Assembly (NCBI GenBank): GCA_034722955.1
Contig: JAYEOM010000039.1
Location: 1-17,919 of the forward strand
Length of the DNA stretch: 17,919 nucleotides
Direction of reading: 5' to 3'
Source of the DNA: Campylobacterota bacterium
GTDB taxonomy: Bacteria; Campylobacterota; Campylobacteria; Campylobacterales; Sulfurovaceae
In this document: one piece after another, positions 17,221 through 17,919 of the stretch
How the letters are laid out: the number at the start of each line of letters is the position of its first letter
Position numbering within the stretch: the stretch's first letter is position 1
The notes under the pieces: generated by a model
Databases searched by the model: none
What the model was told of the DNA's origin: nothing
The model's input: only the letters and a program-made list of their open reading frames with translations
Made by a program: the position numbers and the translations under genes

Positions 17221-17919
17221 ATGCGAAAAATGAAATTTTTTATTAGATTGCTATCTTCAGTTTCTATGACTGTTGGATTGCTATTGCCTGTTCAGGCTGC
17301 GAATTTTGAGACTAATTGTCTTAGTGCGGCCAATGCGGCTGCAAACAATCCTCTTTCAGGATTTAACTGTACGGCTAATGATGCTACGGTAAGTGATTTT
17401 AGAATTACTTGGATAGGGGATGGTTGTATTAATAATGCTGATACTGCGTTAGTTAAAATGGCAGTTAGAGTGGGAAAATCAACCTCTGCGAGTTCTGCTA
17501 ATATTGGAGTATTTATCAATACAGTCGGAGGGACAAGTGCAATTGATGAAGCTCAAAGTTCTACTTGTCTACATGAAGCATTGATGCCTATTGTAACTGG
17601 GACTGAAACAGCCAATTATAGTAGTGGTATAGGACCTTATCTTGATTTAGATAATGATGGTACAGATATCTGTGGAGATGTAGATCAAAAAAGTGGAGAT
17701 CCTGTACCCGTTGGTTCTGATGGTAAGAAATTATATAACTGGGAACGTCAAATAGTTTATGGTACTACTACGAATGAAGCTATCTTTGATGTTGCTTGTG
17801 CTGATAATGATGGCAATGGTTATGTTGATTTTGCATGGGTCTCAGCTTGGGATCATGATCAGGGTTCATGTACAACTATTGAGCAGACGGTAGCTGATAC
17901 AAAAGCAAAATGTAGTGCA
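17221..17919 (+). CDS. Secreted cysteine-rich surface/extracellular protein, N-terminal part only (runs off the window; absent from the ORF track)
   Basis: 233 codons without a stop from ATG 17221, with RBS AAGGA. Sec signal peptide MRKMKFFIRLLSSVSMTVGLLLPVQA|A. Eight Cys, including NCTAND, DICGD, VACAD and KAKC. Ca-binding-like motifs DLDNDG and DNDGNG. Confidence 0.88.
   Translation, partial: MRKMKFFIRLLSSVSMTVGLLLPVQAANFETNCLSAANAAANNPLSGFNCTANDATVSDFRITWIGDGCINNADTALVKMAVRVGKSTSASSANIGVFINTVGGTSAIDEAQSSTCLHEALMPIVTGTETANYSSGIGPYLDLDNDGTDICGDVDQKSGDPVPVGSDGKKLYNWERQIVYGTTTNEAIFDVACADNDGNGYVDFAWVSAWDHDQGSCTTIEQTVADTKAKCSA

Noticed and set aside
17292..17519. 75-aa minus-strand ORF from the track
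   Set aside because: Shadow of the longer + strand frame, which has a promoter, riboswitch, RBS and signal peptide.

Overview
Chromosomal window from a Campylobacterota bacterium, probably Sulfurovum-like (inferred from the panB-ruvB-AI-2E and argF-hemN-FeS gene order, an ArsR/RacR-type two-component pair and TGnTATAAT promoters). The centre is housekeeping: trpA, panB, ruvB, AI-2E transporter, lgt, response regulator/kinase, CCG-domain Fe-S protein, hemN and argF. The two flanks are accessory and share a c-di-GMP theme. Left flank: a 4xPAS-GGDEF diguanylate cyclase, an AAA+ ATPase/DUF4143-type gene with a long operator-like palindrome, and a GEMM-I-like riboswitch pointing out of the window, with A at the position equivalent to G20. 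Right flank: an ABC exporter coupled to a lasso-peptide B2-type protease with no precursor, RRE or cyclase in view. After these come a second GEMM-I riboswitch and a secreted Cys-rich protein that is absent from the ORF track and runs off the window end. Other observations are a probable ATT start codon for the response regulator, a nested palindromic element overlapping the 3' end of lgt with a degenerate partial copy near trpA, and a BON lipoprotein between panB and ruvB. All calls come from reading motifs by eye; no searches were run.
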